The notes beneath the pieces are model-generated. The model saw only the letters and a list, made by a program, of their open reading frames with translations, did no database searches and was not told the origin of the DNA. From Phormidesmis sp. (GTDB lineage Bacteria; Cyanobacteriota; Cyanobacteriia; Leptolyngbyales; Leptolyngbyaceae), in NCBI GenBank assembly GCA_965248535.1, contig CBDFJR010000002.1, forward strand, positions 576,001 to 640,000: 64,000 nucleotides of DNA. The letters run 5' to 3'. The translations under genes and the position numbers were made by a program. Shown piece after piece: positions 61,079 through 64,000 of this stretch (within the stretch, counting starts at the first letter, position 1; every line of letters begins with the position of its first letter).

Positions 61079-61447
61079 CTAGTGGCCAATGCCATTGAGT
61101 TGCAGATAGCTCAATAGCCAGTTAGCGATCGTGGCTCGTCGGGTCTTGCGCGGAATTAATTCATCCAATTTATAGCCCCCAAATCCCAGCTTTTCTTTGA
61201 GGAGTTGCTTATTCTCAACCGGGATCGATCGCGTCAGTTTCACCACGGCCGGGCGACTTTCAATAAAATCGGGCGGATCGGGATACACCGATCGCCAAGC
61301 TGGGTCAACGTCTTCACTGATCCACGTCGTGCCGTCATAGCGATAGCCCAAACACTGCCAAACCAAACGATTTACGGTGTCATCGTCTAGGGTGTCGTTG
61401 AGAATCGCCCAAATCACATCAGTCGTTAGCAGAGGAAGATTAGACAT
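61079..61447 (-). CDS. DUF1823-like conserved protein
   Basis: YPDPPDFI...LTRSIP...KQLLKEKLGFGGY...TRRATIANWLL. Confidence 0.8.
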   Translation of the reverse strand: MSNLPLLTTDVIWAILNDTLDDDTVNRLVWQCLGYRYDGTTWISEDVDPAWRSVYPDPPDFIESRPAVVKLTRSIPVENKQLLKEKLGFGGYKLDELIPRKTRRATIANWLLSYLQLNGIGH

Positions 61448-61534
61448 CAGAAGCCGCAGATCAGACTGCGATCAGCATACAACTTGTCTCCGATCGCTGT
61501 CACAATAAACGATGGCATTCACACTACTCACGCG

Positions 61535-61771
61535 ATGCGATTTACAATTTCGAGCGGGTCTGGGCAAACGTTAGCGATCGGGCAACTCTTCATTCAAACC
61601 AGCGAAACGGGAGAACAGCGGCTTTGTTTTCAGAGCGATCGCGGCACCCTGATTGAAGGCGGCCCGATCGCTGCCGATGGCGATCTGACTGAGGCCAGTC
61701 AAGAATTATATCGGCAGTTCTTCGCCACTTGGGGCGTGATGGGCATTACGATGGCTTCCCCATCTCGTTAA
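61535..61771 (+). CDS. Small hypothetical protein
   Basis: ORF starting MRFTISSG; no motif recognised. Confidence 0.5.
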   Translation: MRFTISSGSGQTLAIGQLFIQTSETGEQRLCFQSDRGTLIEGGPIAADGDLTEASQELYRQFFATWGVMGITMASPSR

Positions 61772-61773
61772 CC

Positions 61774-62685
61774 TCACCTCAACTGGGCCACGGTGGAGGG
61801 CATCAAGTCTGACTTTGCCATTTGCGATCGCTGCTGGTTGTGATGTTCTAATGCACTGGCGATCGCGTCTCTTCGCCGCTCTTGATCACCTGTAATGCTG
61901 TCATAGCGATTGCCCAATCCGGGTGCGTCCCACGTCTGAGTTTTGGGGTTGAGAAACGAATAGGTGCGCGCCCACAAAACCGCACTTGATCCGGTCAATC
62001 CTTTTTGGTGAGCGGCTCTCAGCCAATCGACATATCCCCCTTGATCCAACGCCGCCAAAGGCGCTTGATTGGCTAAATCAATGCCGTTGAGTCTTTCTTC
62101 TAAAGTCATTTGAATGCCGTTGCTATCGGCTCTTTGGGTGAGCACCTGACTCTGACGACGCAGGCGGCGCAGTTGACGATCGTCGGCTTCTTCGGGGGTG
62201 CAGGTTGCGTCACAGTGTTGATAAGAAAAGCTGCCCAGATTCCAGACCCCATTGCCGGGGTCAACGTGCCCATAATAGGCGCGAGTTTTGCTGCCATTCA
62301 GCGATCGGGTGCCTTCGGCATGGCCGACCACTCTGGCCACGATCGAGTTGCTGCCCCCTTCAAAGATCGCATCGGCATTGTCAACCCCAGGCAAAACCTC
62401 CGACCCCGCAGATTGAGGACGTTCTGCCACGATTTTTTCTGTCGCTGCTCTCTCTGATAGAGGAGGATTCAACGACTTCAGAAGATTAAAACTCAGTTCG
62501 GGAGATGAGTGAGCCGGGGGAGCCTCGACTTGAAGACGGCTAGCTGCGGTGGTTTCTGCGGGGTTGCGCTTTGCGCTAATCGTGACATCAAAATTCAGCG
62601 GCCCAGATTGAGAGGCGTGAGCGATCTTGGCGGCGCTAAAAAACATGGCGACGAAGCTAACCGCAACCAAGAGAAATTTTTTCAT
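61774..62685 (-). CDS. Secreted protein, possible lysozyme-like domain
   Basis: Signal peptide ending AHA; VGHAEGT...YYGHVDPGNG core. Confidence 0.6.
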   Translation of the reverse strand: MKKFLLVAVSFVAMFFSAAKIAHASQSGPLNFDVTISAKRNPAETTAASRLQVEAPPAHSSPELSFNLLKSLNPPLSERAATEKIVAERPQSAGSEVLPGVDNADAIFEGGSNSIVARVVGHAEGTRSLNGSKTRAYYGHVDPGNGVWNLGSFSYQHCDATCTPEEADDRQLRRLRRQSQVLTQRADSNGIQMTLEERLNGIDLANQAPLAALDQGGYVDWLRAAHQKGLTGSSAVLWARTYSFLNPKTQTWDAPGLGNRYDSITGDQERRRDAIASALEHHNQQRSQMAKSDLMPSTVAQLR

Positions 62686-62735
62686 CGTTGGGTAGATTAA
62701 CAGTTGGGTAGATTAAAAGATTAAGGGCAAATCTG

Positions 62736-63125
62736 CTATGACCTGCGGAAGCTAAAGGCATAGCCTCGATATTCATCGCCCTCATAGAGCACAATCAGCC
62801 AAGTCTGCGGGTCAAACGCTAGAGGATAGACCTCTCGATCAGACTTCACCCCAGGATGCACCTCTAAAGGTGCCAACGTGCAATAAGGCGTTTTGAGCAG
62901 CGATCGCACGTTATCTCTACGATCGCCTTCTGCAATGGTGAGCAGTTGAGTCAGCCGCTCTCTAGAGAGCGTGACTTCAGACTTGACTGCGGTTTGACAG
63001 AGGTCGTTAGGCGCTTTGGCCCCCAACAGATCTCGCGGATTGATTAACATCCCTGCTAGGGCAACGAAGGTGCCTGCTGCTAGCAAATACTTCACAGACT
63101 GTCTTCGAGAACGTCGGTATTTCAT
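62736..63125 (-). CDS. Conserved hypothetical protein with N-terminal TM/signal segment
   Basis: Basic N-terminus, TM helix, two Cys, REVYPLAFDP. Confidence 0.7.
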   Translation of the reverse strand: MKYRRSRRQSVKYLLAAGTFVALAGMLINPRDLLGAKAPNDLCQTAVKSEVTLSRERLTQLLTIAEGDRRDNVRSLLKTPYCTLAPLEVHPGVKSDREVYPLAFDPQTWLIVLYEGDEYRGYAFSFRRS

Positions 63126-63376
63126 AGTCTTTCTCCTGTGGGCTAGAGGGTGAGAAGAGGACAGGACAAAGGATCGCGATGACGCTAAAAGCGAGTCGCT
63201 TTCAAGTCGTTATGGATTTTATAATACGTTTGTTCTAACTATAGCAGTACGTCAGTACTAAAAAGCAAGAGGGTTTTGAGAAACTCCTGTCAATTTCCTG
63301 TTGATCAGGCTTCATCAGGCGTTGAGAAATAGCGTAGGATAGGAAAGTTGACTAAAAATGACCACGGTCTAAAATC

Positions 63377-63550
63377 ATGGCAGTTCCTAAGAAGAAAACC
63401 TCTAAATCTAAGCGCGACAAGCGCAAAGCCACCTGGAAAGCCAAAGCCAGAGTGCAAGCTCAAAAAGCGCTCTCGATCGGCAAATCGATTTTGACCGGGC
63501 GCGCTCAAGGCTTTGTTTACCCCACCGATGAAGAAACCGAGGAAGAATAG
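63377..63550 (+). CDS. rpmF: 50S ribosomal protein L32
   Basis: [21 protein letters not shown]...; absent from the ORF track (57 aa). Confidence 0.95.
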   Translation: MAVPKKKTSKSKRDKRKATWKAKARVQAQKALSIGKSILTGRAQGFVYPTDEETEEE

Positions 63551-63553
63551 AGC

Positions 63554-63600
63554 GATAAATGATGAACGCGAAATCGTCGATTCATCATTTATCACTCTTT
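63554..63600 (+). terminator. Hairpin/terminator after rpmF
   Basis: 13-bp inverted repeat GATAAATGATGAA/TTCATCATTTATC. Confidence 0.6.
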
Positions 63601-63665
63601 GAGAAGAGACATCGTTGCAGACAGTTTGCTACACAGTTAGAGAAAGACTCTGTAGGAAGAAATCA

Positions 63666-64000
63666 ATGCTGGGGAAGTTTTTTCGCAAACCAGAAGCAGA
63701 ACACGGCGATCGGGTGCCTCCCGGTCAACACCTGACCAATGGGTTTCCGGTGTTGACCTATGGCGACACGCCCCACATTGATCGGGCAACCTGGCAGTTT
63801 AAGGTTTGGGGCTTGGCTCAAGAAAAAACCTTTAGCTGGTCAGACTTTATGAGCCTGCCTCAGAGCGATTTCACTGCCGATTTTCACTGCGTCACCACCT
63901 GGTCAAAGCTCGACGTGCAGTGGACAGGGGTAAAAGTGACCGATTTTATGCAGCATATTCAGGTAGATCCAGCCGCTCAGTATGTTTTAGAACACTGCTA
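63666..64000 (+). CDS. Sulfite oxidase-like molybdopterin oxidoreductase, N-terminal part (runs off the window)
   Basis: RVPPGQHLT...FPVL and ADFHCVTTWS...WTGV. Confidence 0.88.
   Translation, partial: MLGKFFRKPEAEHGDRVPPGQHLTNGFPVLTYGDTPHIDRATWQFKVWGLAQEKTFSWSDFMSLPQSDFTADFHCVTTWSKLDVQWTGVKVTDFMQHIQVDPAAQYVLEHC

Noticed and set aside
63305..63595. 96-aa minus-strand ORF
   Set aside because: Shadow of rpmF on the plus strand

Overview
Chromosomal segment of a cyanobacterium (abundant HIP1 GCGATCGC, ndhP, hli, Uma2 and SLH-porin genes). It mostly carries housekeeping genes: pyrB, mgtE, mpg, sixA, anmK, cutA, clpB, gloA, eno, bioF and rpmF. Three non-ordinary blocks stand out. (1) 10.2-15.2 kb: a CyRepA1-type primase-helicase replication gene and a divergent putative initiator-like gene flank nine degenerate 17-bp iteron-like repeats. 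This looks like a replicon module set among core genes with no other plasmid cargo. (2) 31.4-36.0 kb: an AT-rich, HIP1-poor island that looks like an integrase-less integron cassette array, with an attI-like site, attC-like sites and an ORF-less group IIC intron inserted in an attC-like site. (3) 41.2-50.4 kb: an eight-gene actinobacterial-type PknG signalling operon (lipoprotein, two helical proteins, PknG-like kinase, PP2C, vWA, FHA, GlnX-like membrane protein) that lacks GlnH. A 13-codon leader peptide with an attenuator-like structure precedes mgtE. Single-base indels in short homopolymers (mpg, Rep-like gene, parA x3, clpB) suggest uncorrected assembly errors. All family assignments come from motif recognition by eye; no database searches were run.
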